The position numbers and the translations under genes are program-made. 64,000 bases of DNA, from contig JAJDBW010000029.1 of assembly GCA_029261155.1 (NCBI GenBank), positions 1 to 64,000 on the forward strand. Reading direction: 5' to 3'. The notes beneath the pieces were generated by a model. The model made no database searches and was not told where the DNA came from. It saw nothing but the letters and a program-made list of their open reading frames with translations. The stretch is from Nitrospirota bacterium. Its GTDB lineage: Bacteria; Nitrospirota; Nitrospiria; SBBL01; JAADHI01. Each line of letters begins with the position of its first letter. Within the stretch, counting starts at the first letter, position 1. Below are positions 1 through 9,896 of this stretch, piece after piece.

Positions 1-216
1 GATGAGTGGCTGCCTTGGGTTCACATCGTCATCAGCAATATGAAGCGATTCCTTCTTGGAACCTATCACGGCGTATCCGCAATTCATTTACAAGAGTATC
101 TCAATGAATTCTGTTACCGGTTTAATCGAAGACAATGGGAGTCCCAACTTCCCAATCGACTTTTAAGCCTGTGTGTGCAACATACACCCGTTCTGAAGCA
201 AGCTGTGAATTGTTAA
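1..216 (+). mobile_element. IS1595-family (ISXO2-like) transposase, C-terminal fragment (5' end beyond the window edge)
   Basis: Frame 1 translates to ...DEWLPWVHIVISNMKRFLLGTYHGVSAIHLQEYLNEFCYRFNRRQWESQL...*, with a stop at 214-216. This matches the conserved C-terminal tail of DDE_Tnp_IS1595 transposases (…LLKRGI.G.YH.VS.KHL.RYL.EF.FRFN.R). Confidence 0.65.
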
Positions 217-228
217 GAGGCAAGTAAC

Positions 229-1398
229 TTAAACAATCACCTCGAGCCCATCACCTTGTTCTCCTCCCACCACATGCCCATCGAACAAGGCCAGGGCCTC
301 TTCATCCACCTCCCCCGTTAGTCCAATCACATAAGCATCGAAATAATCCAGCACGCGGCGAAAGTGCCGTGTGAGCGGTGCGCTGCAGGTGTCGATGACG
401 ACGATGTCGAAGGTTTCAATGGGGAGGTCGGGATTGTATTGAAGGGGGGCCACCGTTTTGAAGATTTCTTCGGGAGAGAGGGCCTCTGTCGGCTTCGGCC
501 GAGATGCCGTGTTGAGCAAGCTGTGCATGCGCGGCAAGGTTGTGATGCACACTTTTGCGCTCGTATCGATTGCCTCTGCGATGAGTTGTACAGTATGAAT
601 TGAGGTCGATGCCGCTTTAAGGTAAGGCGAACGATAGTCCTGAAAGGCATGGTGGACATCGCGCGCGATGTTTGCGGAGTTAACGAGAAAAAGCACCCGC
701 CGCGCGTCGGCAAAGCGAAGCAATCGATCGATCAAGTGAAGCGCAGCGGCCCTTCTTCGCGCCGCCGCGCTCATTTGAACAAGAACGCGTGTATTGTTTT
801 TTCTGAGCGAGCGCTCTATGGCCGTAATCGCATCGCACTGCTCCAGAGACAAGCCTTCCTCCACCACCGGCGGCATATTAATCCACAGGCGTTCTTGAAG
901 TGTCGCGCCGCGCCGCCCGTGCTCGAAGGAATCGGCGGCCACCATGTCGCGCGGCATGCTTCCGATCATCCCGTCTTCCAGCCAGGTCTTTAAGGTTTCC
1001 GATTTATGAAAGGCAAAGAGCGGGCGAGCATGGGGTTCGGAATCGAAGAGATTGGTGAATCGTATTTGTGCGCCATTGCTTTGATATAAAAAGGGGAGGG
1101 GTCGGGTATGGACCGGCAAAATAATCGGAAGCCCGCGGCGATATTTTTCAGCGAGCGGATCGACGCCCGACAAGATATCGCTTTCGGTATCGATCTCGAT
1201 GAAGCCCGCAGCCTTGCCCTCGACATAGAGCAGATAATCGGCCAGACCGTAGTCGCGCGCCAAGGGCAGAGCCCGCACCGCCATCCCTCCAGACTTTGAA
1301 ATCCCGAGATCGTCGGTGTCTTGAAGCACCCAGCCAGCCGCTCGAAGCCAGCTTTCGATTGCTATGGCTGCCTCCATATTAGAACGTTTCATCTGCAT
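229..1398 (-). pseudogene. Type I/III restriction-enzyme HsdR-like protein; HSDR_N nuclease domain followed by a helicase domain with degenerate motifs, C-terminally truncated
   Basis: The N-terminus (AIESWLRAAGW…GMAVRALPLARDYGLADYLLYV…IEIDTE) resembles the HsdR N-terminal nuclease domain. The helicase region (RVLVQMSAAARRRAAALHLIDRLLR…RVLFLV) has the Walker A GxGKT replaced by AAARRR. Motif II is DTCS (DIVVIDTCSAP) rather than DEAH. The ORF is only 389 aa and ends 13 bp from the IS fragment. Confidence 0.5.
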
Positions 1399-1403
1399 TG
1401 CGC

Positions 1404-1440
1404 TTGACGCTTAAAAGATAAAATCTTTAAAATCACTTTT
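1404..1440 (+). promoter_or_regulatory. Candidate sigma70-type promoter upstream of the pdh operon (TTGACG, 18 nt spacer, TAAAAT)
   Basis: A -35/-10-like hexamer pair sits in the AT-rich divergent intergenic region between the HsdR-like gene and pdhA. Confidence 0.3.
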
Positions 1441-1601
1441 GGGTGCAACGATTTCCTCCCTATTCAGAAATCGGGGCGAGTATAGCGCCCTCTCCCAACT
1501 GCGGTCAACGAATACGGCCCGCTTATTCCCGATCCGCTTTGCTTTTTAGGAAATGCAATGCTAAGATTAATATCCATTATCTGTACTTTTTAAATCTCCC
1601 T

Positions 1602-2600
1602 ATGCCGAAAACGAAAAAAGATAAACAAGGTCATCGCGATCAGGCTGACTTGCATCGTTCTCTCCTGCGCACAGCTCTCCTCATTCGCCGCTTCGAAGAG
1701 AAGACGGCAGAGATGTATGCGCTCGCGAAGATCGCGGGCTTTTGCCATTTGTATATTGGTGAAGAGGCCGTTGCCGTCGGCGCGATTGGCGCAGCACGGG
1801 AAGACGACTACGTCATCACCACCTATCGCGACCACGGACACGCCCTCGCGCGCGGCGTGGAACCCAAGCGCATCATGGCCGAACTTTTCGGCAAGGCCAC
1901 GGGGGTGTCGAAGGGCAAGGGCGGGTCGATGCATCTTTTCGATGTCTCACGCCACTTCATGGGCGGCCACGGCATTGTCGGCGGACATATTGCGCTGGCG
2001 ACGGGGATGGGCTTTGCGATCAAGTACGAAAAGCGCGATCAAGTGGTGCTCTGTTTTTTCGGCGAAGGGGCCGTACCGACCGGGGCCTTTCACGAATCGC
2101 TCAATCTCGCGGCACTTTGGCGGCTACCTGTGGTCTACATTTGCGAGAACAACCGTTTCGGCATGGGCACGCCGGTCGAACGCTCGTCTGCACTGTACGA
2201 CATCGCCCACGTCGCTCGCGCCTACGACATGCCCTTTCATCACTTAGACGGCATGGACATCCTCGAAAGTTACAAACACATGTCGCAAATTATCAAAGGC
2301 GTCCGCAGCGCGAAACGGCCCATCTTTGTCGAGGCCCAAACCTACCGCTATATGGGGCATTCCATGTCCGATCCGGCGCATGGCCACTACCGGACCAAAG
2401 AGGAAATCGACGCCCAAAAAAGTAGAGACCCGATCCAGCAACTAAAGCAACACTTGCTTGAAGAAAAACAAATCGACGAAAAAGCGATCCGACTTATGGA
2501 AGAAGAGATCGACGGCATCGTGCAGGACGCAGTGAAATTCGCCGACGAAAGCCCCGATCCGCCGCTCTCGTCTTTGATGGACGACGTCTATGTGGACTAA
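1602..2600 (+). CDS. pdhA: Pyruvate dehydrogenase E1 component alpha subunit (TPP-dependent)
   Basis: Carries the TPP-binding region GEEAVAVG…ITTYRDHGHALARG…GKGGSMHLF…CFFGEGA…YICENNRFGMGT. The start is taken at the internal Met (MPKTKK). The track ORF extends upstream into a non-conserved leader. Confidence 0.88.
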   Translation: MPKTKKDKQGHRDQADLHRSLLRTALLIRRFEEKTAEMYALAKIAGFCHLYIGEEAVAVGAIGAAREDDYVITTYRDHGHALARGVEPKRIMAELFGKATGVSKGKGGSMHLFDVSRHFMGGHGIVGGHIALATGMGFAIKYEKRDQVVLCFFGEGAVPTGAFHESLNLAALWRLPVVYICENNRFGMGTPVERSSALYDIAHVARAYDMPFHHLDGMDILESYKHMSQIIKGVRSAKRPIFVEAQTYRYMGHSMSDPAHGHYRTKEEIDAQKSRDPIQQLKQHLLEEKQIDEKAIRLMEEEIDGIVQDAVKFADESPDPPLSSLMDDVYVD

Positions 2601-2699
2601 ATGTGGTTGACAGTTGACCGTTTACGGTTGCCGGATAAAATCTTTGTTTTGCTGTCAAGCCTAAACCGTGAACTGGAAAAATCTCTTTAAGGAACAATC

Positions 2700-3680
2700 A
2701 TGCCAATCCTAGCCTATCGAGAAGCTTTGAACCAAGCCATGTCGGAAGAGATGCGTAAAGATCCTTCGATTTTTCTGATGGGGGAAGAGGTCGGTTTTTA
2801 CGACGGCGCTTTTAAAGTGAGCAAGGGCATGCTGAAGGAATTCGGCCCCATGCGCGTGGTCGATACCCCGATTACCGAAGCGGGCTTCACCGGCGTCGGC
2901 GTCGGCGCAGCGATGGTGGGATTGCGTCCCATTATCGAAATGATGACATTCAATTTCGCCATCCTCGGCTTGGATCAAATCATAAACAATGCGACCAAGC
3001 TGCATTCGATGTCGGGCGGGCAGTTGAAAGTGCCGATGGTCTTTCGCGGCCCTAACGGCTCGGCCAAGCGCCTGGCGAGCCAGCATAGCCAAAGCCTCGA
3101 ATCGCTTTACTGCCATATCCCCGGCCTCAAGGCCATCGCCCCTTCCACACCAAAGGATGCAAAGGGCCTCCTGAAATCAGCGATCCGCGACAACAACCCC
3201 GTGATCTGCTTCGAGGCCCAGGCCCTCTACGGCACCAAGGGGGAAGTCCCTGACGGAGAATATACCATTCCCATCGGCAAAGCGGATATCAAGCGAGAGG
3301 GAAAAGACGTCACCCTCATCGCCTGGTCGAAGATGTTGCTCCTGTGTCTCCAAACGGCAGACTTTCTGGCGAAGGAAGGCATCGATGCCGAAGTCGTTGA
3401 TCCCCGAACTTTGCGACCGCTCGACATGGAAACGATTTTAGAATCGGTAAAAAAGACGCATCGCGTGGTCATCGTCGAAGAGGCCTGGCCCTATGGCGGC
3501 GTCAGCGCTCAAATCTCCGACCGAATCTACTACGGCGGTCTGGACGATCTCGATGCCCCCATCGAACGGGTCTGCGGCGAGGACTGTCCCATTCCTTATG
3601 CGAAAAATCTCGAAGAGGCCGCCTTGCCCTCGTCCGAAAAAATTATCGCCGCCGTCAAAAAAGTCCTGTATCTCAAATAA
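2700..3680 (+). CDS. pdhB: Pyruvate dehydrogenase E1 component beta subunit
   Basis: Shows the transketolase-like fold signature (MREALNQAM…DPSIFLMGEEVG…GPMRVVDTPITEAGFTG…) and sits immediately downstream of E1 alpha. Confidence 0.92.
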   Translation: MPILAYREALNQAMSEEMRKDPSIFLMGEEVGFYDGAFKVSKGMLKEFGPMRVVDTPITEAGFTGVGVGAAMVGLRPIIEMMTFNFAILGLDQIINNATKLHSMSGGQLKVPMVFRGPNGSAKRLASQHSQSLESLYCHIPGLKAIAPSTPKDAKGLLKSAIRDNNPVICFEAQALYGTKGEVPDGEYTIPIGKADIKREGKDVTLIAWSKMLLLCLQTADFLAKEGIDAEVVDPRTLRPLDMETILESVKKTHRVVIVEEAWPYGGVSAQISDRIYYGGLDDLDAPIERVCGEDCPIPYAKNLEEAALPSSEKIIAAVKKVLYLK

Positions 3681-3692
3681 GAGGAGTGTGCC

Positions 3693-4988
3693 GTGGCAAA
3701 CCGCGTGGTGATGCCGAAGTTGACCGATACCATGGAAGAGGGCGTTCTTCTTCAGTGGTATAAAAAAGAGGGCGATACCGTCGAAAGCGGCGACGCCCTC
3801 GCCGAAGTCGAAACCGACAAGGCCGTGATGGACCTCGAGGCCTTCGCCTCCGGCACGCTTAAAAAAATCCTCGTTGAACCCGGCTACATCGTTCCCTCCG
3901 GCGACCTCATTGCGCTTATCGCCCGGGACGACGAAGACATCGAAGCCCTGCTTGCGAAGGAAAAGATGCCCCGGACCCGTCAGGTGGGCGAGGAAGGAAA
4001 AGCTGCGGCGCCAGCGGAGGAAGCGCCAGCTAAAACCACGAGTCCAAGCCCTCAACAAACTAAAACCCAATCTGATACGACACCTGAACCTGAGGCGAAA
4101 CCCAAAGCCGCAAGTCCCCCTTCCGCGCCCATCGCGCATACCGACGGCGAGATCAAGGCTTCGCCCTTGGCAAAAAAGATCGCCGCCGAACGGCAGATCG
4201 ATCTCAGCCAGATTCAAGGCAGTGGACCCGCCGGCAGGATTATTCAGCGCGATTTGGAAGGCCTTTCAGCAGGTGCCATCGCTTCGACGGGCGCAGCACC
4301 TTTGAACGAAGCCGAGCGGGTCGAGTTGACCATGCTGCGCAAGGCCATCGCCAGCCGCATGATTCAAAGCAAGGCCCCTGTGCCGCATTTTTATGTCACC
4401 TCCGAGATCGACATGGGCAAGATCCTTCCCCTGCGGGAAGCCCTGCAAAAAGACGGCGACACACCCAGACCCAGCATGAGCGATCTCTTTATCAAAGCAA
4501 CCGCACTGACCCTGCGCAAGTTCCCTGCCTTCCGGTCGAGCTATGCGGGCGATCATCTTAATGTTTCCAATGCGATAGACATCGGCCTCGCCATCGGCAT
4601 GCCGGAAGGCGTGATTACGGCGGTCATCCGCAACTGCGATCAAAAGACTCTGAGTCAAATCTCGGCGGAGGTCAAGGACAAGGCCGCGCGGGCCCGCGTC
4701 AAGAAACTCAAGCCGGAAGAATACACCGGCGCGGTGTTTAGCATCTCGAATCTCGGTATGTTCGATGTGGAATCCTTCAGCGCCATCATCACCCCGCCGG
4801 AAGCAGCCGTTCTGGCCATCGGATCGATCCTCGAAAAACCGGTCGTTTCAAACGGAGAAATAGTCATCGGTAAAATCATGAAGGTCACGCTCTCGACCGA
4901 CCACCGCGTCGCAGATGGACTGCAAGCCGCCGAATTTTTAAAGGCCCTGAAATCGACGATGGAAAATCCCTTGAGCCTCGCGCTCTAA
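3693..4988 (+). CDS. pdhC: Dihydrolipoamide acetyltransferase (E2) of the pyruvate dehydrogenase complex
   Basis: Has an N-terminal lipoyl domain (ETDKAVMDLEA). A Pro/Ala-rich linker and an E3-binding domain follow. The C-terminal catalytic domain carries DHRVADG. The start is GTG. Confidence 0.9.
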   Translation: MANRVVMPKLTDTMEEGVLLQWYKKEGDTVESGDALAEVETDKAVMDLEAFASGTLKKILVEPGYIVPSGDLIALIARDDEDIEALLAKEKMPRTRQVGEEGKAAAPAEEAPAKTTSPSPQQTKTQSDTTPEPEAKPKAASPPSAPIAHTDGEIKASPLAKKIAAERQIDLSQIQGSGPAGRIIQRDLEGLSAGAIASTGAAPLNEAERVELTMLRKAIASRMIQSKAPVPHFYVTSEIDMGKILPLREALQKDGDTPRPSMSDLFIKATALTLRKFPAFRSSYAGDHLNVSNAIDIGLAIGMPEGVITAVIRNCDQKTLSQISAEVKDKAARARVKKLKPEEYTGAVFSISNLGMFDVESFSAIITPPEAAVLAIGSILEKPVVSNGEIVIGKIMKVTLSTDHRVADGLQAAEFLKALKSTMENPLSLAL

Positions 4989-5002
4989 GATAGGGCAAGC
5001 AA

Positions 5003-6430
5003 ATGGAAAAAGAATACTCTGAAAAATCGGGCGAGTACCAGTACGATCTTTTAATTCTAGGCGGCGGGCCGGGCGGCTATGTCGCGGCCATCCGCGCGGG
5101 GCAACTCGGCATGAAGGTCGCCGTGATCGAAAAAGAAGCCATCGGCGGCACCTGCCTCCATCACGGCTGCATCCCCTCTAAGGCCATCATCCGCAATGCG
5201 GAAGTTCTGTCTCTGATTCAGGATGCTAATAAATTCGGCATCCAGGTCGATAATGTCCGGGCCGACTTCGGCGCGGCCATCGACCGCAGCCAAGAGGTCC
5301 TCGGTAAACTCCACAAGGGTGTTACACATCTGATGGAAAAACAGAAGGTCGAGATTCACGCGGGCTTCGGTAAACTCACAGGGCCAAAGACCATCGAAGT
5401 CAAAGGCGAAAAAGAAACGAAGACCCTCCGCGGCAAATCAATTATCATTTCGACGGGCAGCCGGGTGCGCAGCCTGCCCCATCTTAAAATCGACGGCAAA
5501 CGCATCCTCACCAGCGACGAGGCCCTGCTCCGGAAAGACCTCCCGAAGTCCGTGCTCATTGTCGGCGGTGGGGCCATCGGCTGCGAGTTCGCCTATATCT
5601 ATGCCGCCTACGGCGTGCCGGTGACGATTGTGGAAACCTTGCCCAACTTGCTGCCGCTTGAAGACAGCGAGGTCTCGAAGCTTCTCGAACGGTCCTTCAA
5701 AAAACGAAAGATCACCGTACTGACGAATACCTCAGTGACTGCAGTGAAGGATGAAAAAGGTGTATTTAAGATCGAATTCAAAACCGCAGACGGGGAGAGC
5801 GAGACGCGCGAGGCCGAAGTCATCCTCGTCGCCGTCGGGCGCGCGCCCAACGTCGAAAGCATCGGCCTGGAGACCCTCGGCGTGAGTGTGGACGAAAAAA
5901 CAAAGCTCATTCAGGTCGATGAAAAGATGCAAACCAAAAAAGCCAATATTTTTGCCATCGGCGACGTATCGAGCCGACCCGCCTTGGCCCACGGCGCGAT
6001 GGCGCAGGGCGTCTTCGTTGTCGAATCGTTGGCAGGCATCGCACGCACGCCCATTGAACTGCTCAACGTCCCCAGCGCGGTCTACTGTCATCCGCAGGTC
6101 GCTTCAATTGGCTTGACGGAAGAAAAGGCCAAGGCCGCCGGACATAGCGTGAAAGTCGCGAAGTTTCCCTTAAGCGCCAACGGCAAGGCCTTAGCCTTGG
6201 GCGAAACCGAAGGCTTCGTGAAGATCGTCACCGACGAAAAATACGGTGAGATCCTCGGCGCGCACATCATTGGCGCGGAGGCAACCGAACTCATCGGCGA
6301 ATTCGTCCTCGCCAAGACCCTCGAATCCACCGCCGCCGAACTCAAACAAAGCATCCACCCCCACCCCACCCTCAGCGAAGCCGTCATGGAAGCCGGCGGC
6401 GCGATTTTTGGCGAAGCGATTCATTCCTAG
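5003..6430 (+). CDS. lpdA: Dihydrolipoyl dehydrogenase (E3)
   Basis: Carries the FAD-binding GGGPGGY motif. The redox-active disulfide is GGTCLHHGCIPSK. The C-terminal region has the HPHPTLSE interface motif. Confidence 0.93.
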   Translation: MEKEYSEKSGEYQYDLLILGGGPGGYVAAIRAGQLGMKVAVIEKEAIGGTCLHHGCIPSKAIIRNAEVLSLIQDANKFGIQVDNVRADFGAAIDRSQEVLGKLHKGVTHLMEKQKVEIHAGFGKLTGPKTIEVKGEKETKTLRGKSIIISTGSRVRSLPHLKIDGKRILTSDEALLRKDLPKSVLIVGGGAIGCEFAYIYAAYGVPVTIVETLPNLLPLEDSEVSKLLERSFKKRKITVLTNTSVTAVKDEKGVFKIEFKTADGESETREAEVILVAVGRAPNVESIGLETLGVSVDEKTKLIQVDEKMQTKKANIFAIGDVSSRPALAHGAMAQGVFVVESLAGIARTPIELLNVPSAVYCHPQVASIGLTEEKAKAAGHSVKVAKFPLSANGKALALGETEGFVKIVTDEKYGEILGAHIIGAEATELIGEFVLAKTLESTAAELKQSIHPHPTLSEAVMEAGGAIFGEAIHS

Positions 6431-6521
6431 AAAACTAATTGTTACACAATCCTCATACCGCAGCTTGACTGCGGTATCCATTCATTCATATAAGTATTAC
6501 TCACATGATGAGGAGACCTAA

Positions 6522-7076
6522 ATGAGTTGGCGCTCCGAGAAAACCTACGTCGCAAGGATTGGAGGGATAATCTACAAAAACGTCCAATTGCCGATTGTGT
6601 GCAATGGTTCTCCCATGCTAAAAATCACACGGTCCACTGAAACAGGTGAGTTGGGACTAACGTTTTTGGTTTTCAACGAAAAAGGTGAGCACATTGGGAA
6701 TGTTGAGAACAACAAGATTAGTTTCTCGGACACAGATAGCTACATCGTCCAAATCGGACTCAAGAGGCAAGCCTTGATTGATAAGAAGAATGGGAGAGTT
6801 CTCTGTGATCTGAAGTTTTCAATTCGCCCTTCCGATCCAGAGGTTGAAGTAGTTGCAATTCTTTTTTCGGAAGGCCGTTTTCCAATCATCCTCCACCCAG
6901 ACAGAAGCAAATTTGGAAAAGCTAATGATAATACGCCACCTAATATTTCAGGGTTGACTCTGACCACAGCCGAGAACAGTGAAGCATGCGCAGTATTATT
7001 AGAAAAAGAAAATGCAGTGTATTTGCTTGGGATTACAATTGAGAATTTCAAAACAGGAATATCGGTAAAAACATGA
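6522..7076 (+). CDS. Hypothetical protein (first gene of the low-GC islet)
   Basis: A 184-aa ORF with no recognisable motifs. Its composition is AT-rich relative to the flanking genes, and it lies 9 bp upstream of the DUF2971 gene. Confidence 0.5.
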   Translation: MSWRSEKTYVARIGGIIYKNVQLPIVCNGSPMLKITRSTETGELGLTFLVFNEKGEHIGNVENNKISFSDTDSYIVQIGLKRQALIDKKNGRVLCDLKFSIRPSDPEVEVVAILFSEGRFPIILHPDRSKFGKANDNTPPNISGLTLTTAENSEACAVLLEKENAVYLLGITIENFKTGISVKT

Positions 7077-7085
7077 GATCTTAAG

Positions 7086-8057
7086 GTGAACGTTAACGAT
7101 CAGGAAAAGCAAGCAATATCGAAGCTAACTGAATCGATCCTTTCAAAATGGATAGATTCACATAAATTTTTCCCCAATACCCTCTATCATTATACATCCG
7201 CTGACAGCTTAGTCGGAATATTTACGAGCAAGAGCATATGGCTTACAGATTTGAGGTATATGAGCGATGCGTCCGAATTACAGTATTCAAAGGCGTTAAT
7301 ACGCAAAAGACTGGAGGAAAAATCCAAGGAGCCAGGTCTATCATATGAGGGAAGTGAATTCCTTAAGAGAATACGGGACAGCTTCGATCCTTTTTCCCAT
7401 AGATTCTCTGCGTTTTCCGCCTCATTTTGTGAAGAAGGAAACCTACTCAGCCAGTGGCGCGCATATCGGGGGCAAGGCGGCGGATACTCACTAGGATTTG
7501 ATTTCTTACATTCACTCCGATTCCTTGATAGGCCATGTGTCTTGCGAAAAGTAATTTATGATGAGATGCAGCAAGTCAGTGAGGTCGATACAACAATAAA
7601 TCTGTTCTTGGAAGCCATAGACGAACAAGCATCTAACAAAGCTGCGGAACACATAAGCTCCTCAATTCTCCCTGCTTTTTGTAAAGCTTTCTCTTCTACA
7701 GTTGGAGAATATTTGTTCTGCTTCAAGCACCCGGATTTTCATGAAGAGAAGGAATGGAGACTCGTCTACTCTTGCTCAGTCAATCCGACCTTTGAACGAG
7801 ATATGAAATTTCAGTTGCCATCATTTAGGGCCAACCACGGCAACGTGATACCCTATCATATCGTCCACCTTGATAACGCAATAAATGCATCCAAGGATGA
7901 TACATATGGTGTCCCTTTCCCAATTGTAGAGGTCATTATAGGACCGACGATTAGCAGCAAACTTAACATGGAGTCCCTAAGCATAATGATTTTGTCTATG
8001 AATTCAGATGTCGTTCCTAATATTAGGCAGTCTGAGATTCCATTAAGATGGCTTTAG
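7086..8057 (+). CDS. DUF2971 family protein
   Basis: Has the N-terminal LYHYTS…L..I…S.WLT…MSDASE motif and the SQWRAYRGQGGGYSLGF motif typical of DUF2971. The start is GTG. The gene is low-GC. Confidence 0.6.
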   Translation: MNVNDQEKQAISKLTESILSKWIDSHKFFPNTLYHYTSADSLVGIFTSKSIWLTDLRYMSDASELQYSKALIRKRLEEKSKEPGLSYEGSEFLKRIRDSFDPFSHRFSAFSASFCEEGNLLSQWRAYRGQGGGYSLGFDFLHSLRFLDRPCVLRKVIYDEMQQVSEVDTTINLFLEAIDEQASNKAAEHISSSILPAFCKAFSSTVGEYLFCFKHPDFHEEKEWRLVYSCSVNPTFERDMKFQLPSFRANHGNVIPYHIVHLDNAINASKDDTYGVPFPIVEVIIGPTISSKLNMESLSIMILSMNSDVVPNIRQSEIPLRWL

Positions 8058-8103
8058 CAAGGTAGATCAAATACAAAGATGTAGACGATGCCCTTACACC
8101 AAA

Positions 8104-8382
8104 TTGACAAGATCCGTAAAAAAAATATCCGGTTATATATTAGCCAGTAAAAAGAAGGGCACTATATACACGGGTATGACGCCAAATCTTCCCCAGCGGA
8201 TCTGGCCGCATAAAAATAAAGAGATTGAAGGCTTTACTAAAAAGTATGCGGTTGATAGGCTTGTTTATTATAAACTGCACGAAAGTGCTGAGGCCGCAAT
8301 CAAGCGAGAACGGGGGATCAAGGAATGGCCCTGCCAGCGGCTTCACCGCAATATCCGAAATTTCAGAAATAAAACAGGATAA
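8104..8382 (+). CDS. GIY-YIG nuclease family protein (UPF0213/YhbQ-like small endonuclease)
   Basis: Contains GYILASKKKGTIYTGMTPNLPQRIWPHKNK…FTKKYAVDRLVYYKLHESAEAAIKRERGIKEW, which is the GIY…YIG, R, E, N core arrangement. The start is TTG. The gene is low-GC. Confidence 0.6.
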   Translation: MTRSVKKISGYILASKKKGTIYTGMTPNLPQRIWPHKNKEIEGFTKKYAVDRLVYYKLHESAEAAIKRERGIKEWPCQRLHRNIRNFRNKTG

Positions 8383-8390
8383 GAGCAGCG

Positions 8391-9311
8391 ATGCCCAAAC
8401 AACATTTTTTAACCCCCCCTCAACCACGAACTGAGCGGCTTCCTGCCTGGTTCAAGGTCAAGGTACGGACAGGTGAACGCTACCTCAAGATTCGGCAACT
8501 GACGAAGGACTTGAATCTGCACACCGTGTGCGAAGAGGCGCAGTGCCCGAATATTTGGGAGTGCTGGAATGCGGGGACGGCGACCTTTATGATCTTGGGC
8601 GATATCTGCACGCGCAGTTGCGGCTTTTGCGCCGTGAAGCTGGGCCAGCCGGGACCGCTCGATTTAGAGGAACCGGCGCACGTCGCAGAGGCGGTGGCTA
8701 ATCTTGGATTGGGCCACGTCGTCATCACCTCGGTTAACCGGGATGAGTTGGAGAATGGCGGGGCGGAAATCTTCGCAGAGACGATTGCCAAGATTCGGGA
8801 ATGCTCGCCCCGGTGCGGCGTCGAAGTGCTCATCCCCGATTTTCTGGGCAAGCCCATTCCGCTCGACATCGTCATCAAAAAACGGCCCGACATTCTCGCA
8901 CACAACATCGAAACGGTGCCCTCTCTTTATCGCCTCGTGCGGCCCCAAGCGCAGTATCAACGTTCACTGGACGTACTGGTGCGCGCAAAGCAAGCGGGGC
9001 TTCGGACGAAAACGGGTTTGATGTTGGGAATAGGAGAAACCATTGCAGAGGTCGAAACGGTGATGGCCGACTTGGTGAAAATCGGCTGCGACATTTTGAC
9101 GCTCGGACAGTATCTTCAGCCGACGGCCAAGCATCTGCCCATAGCCCGCTTCGTTCCGCCGGAGGAATTTTTAGATCTTAAAAAACGGGGAGAGGCCTTG
9201 GGCCTAAGCCACGTGGAATCCGGCCCCTTGGTGCGCAGTTCCTACCACGCCGAACAACAGGTCGGCGAACTGCAAACCGCCAATCGAAATCCGCTGGACG
9301 TCATTAAATAA
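8391..9311 (+). CDS. lipA: Lipoyl synthase
   Basis: Has the auxiliary cluster motif CPNIWEC. The radical-SAM motif is CTRSCGFCAV. Confidence 0.93.
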   Translation: MPKQHFLTPPQPRTERLPAWFKVKVRTGERYLKIRQLTKDLNLHTVCEEAQCPNIWECWNAGTATFMILGDICTRSCGFCAVKLGQPGPLDLEEPAHVAEAVANLGLGHVVITSVNRDELENGGAEIFAETIAKIRECSPRCGVEVLIPDFLGKPIPLDIVIKKRPDILAHNIETVPSLYRLVRPQAQYQRSLDVLVRAKQAGLRTKTGLMLGIGETIAEVETVMADLVKIGCDILTLGQYLQPTAKHLPIARFVPPEEFLDLKKRGEALGLSHVESGPLVRSSYHAEQQVGELQTANRNPLDVIK

Positions 9312-9327
9312 AACCCCAAAAGAAAGC

Positions 9328-9846
9328 TCAGATTTTCTCCGAGGGTTTAACCTCGAACCAGAGCAGGTTGGTGACAATCAAGCCTGTCCAAGTTTCGTCG
9401 CCCTTCGGTTTTTCTTTATTGACATAGCTAATCCGCAGGGCGTAGCGGCCCGCCTTCAAGGGCGCGGAAAAAATTTCGTTTAAATTTGGCAAAAACCTGA
9501 TGATTTCTTCAGCGACCTCCATCCGCACAAAATCGTCCGGCTTCAAGGGTTCACTCGACATGGCTTTTATCGGCACATAGCCGAAGCCGTCATGGAAAAG
9601 ATCCCATTCGAGATCGCGGCCGGGATGGAAGCGATTGTTGACGATGAGGGGAACGTCGGTATGGTTTTTTAGCGCGGCGATAATCGAAATGGGCTCGCCA
9701 ATTTCATACTTCGGCTTGCTCGATTTAATGAGCATGATGAGATGGCCGTTCCGCCCAAACTCATCGGCCCGGATATCCTGCCCTTGCGGAAAAAAGAAAC
9801 AAGCCAAAATTATTGAAATAAAAATCAGCTTGCGCATCGCGGCCAC
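9328..9846 (-). CDS. Secreted hypothetical protein
   Basis: The N-terminal hydrophobic stretch (MAAMRKLIFISIILACFFFPQG) suggests a signal peptide or membrane anchor. No known domain. Confidence 0.5.
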   Translation of the reverse strand: MAAMRKLIFISIILACFFFPQGQDIRADEFGRNGHLIMLIKSSKPKYEIGEPISIIAALKNHTDVPLIVNNRFHPGRDLEWDLFHDGFGYVPIKAMSSEPLKPDDFVRMEVAEEIIRFLPNLNEIFSAPLKAGRYALRISYVNKEKPKGDETWTGLIVTNLLWFEVKPSEKI

Positions 9847-9896
9847 CTCCTTATTTCGAATACACTATTATGATGGGAGCTAGGAGAAGGTGTCAA

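Noticed and set aside
1443-1601. Upstream extension of the pdhA ORF (MQRFPPYSEIGASIAPSPNCGQRIRP…)
   Set aside because: The extension is non-conserved, contains the putative promoter and reads through an AT-rich leader. E1-alpha homology begins at MPKTKK.
3438-4217. 259-aa minus-strand ORF
   Set aside because: Antisense to the E2 acetyltransferase gene. Gly/Arg/Phe-rich shadow ORF.
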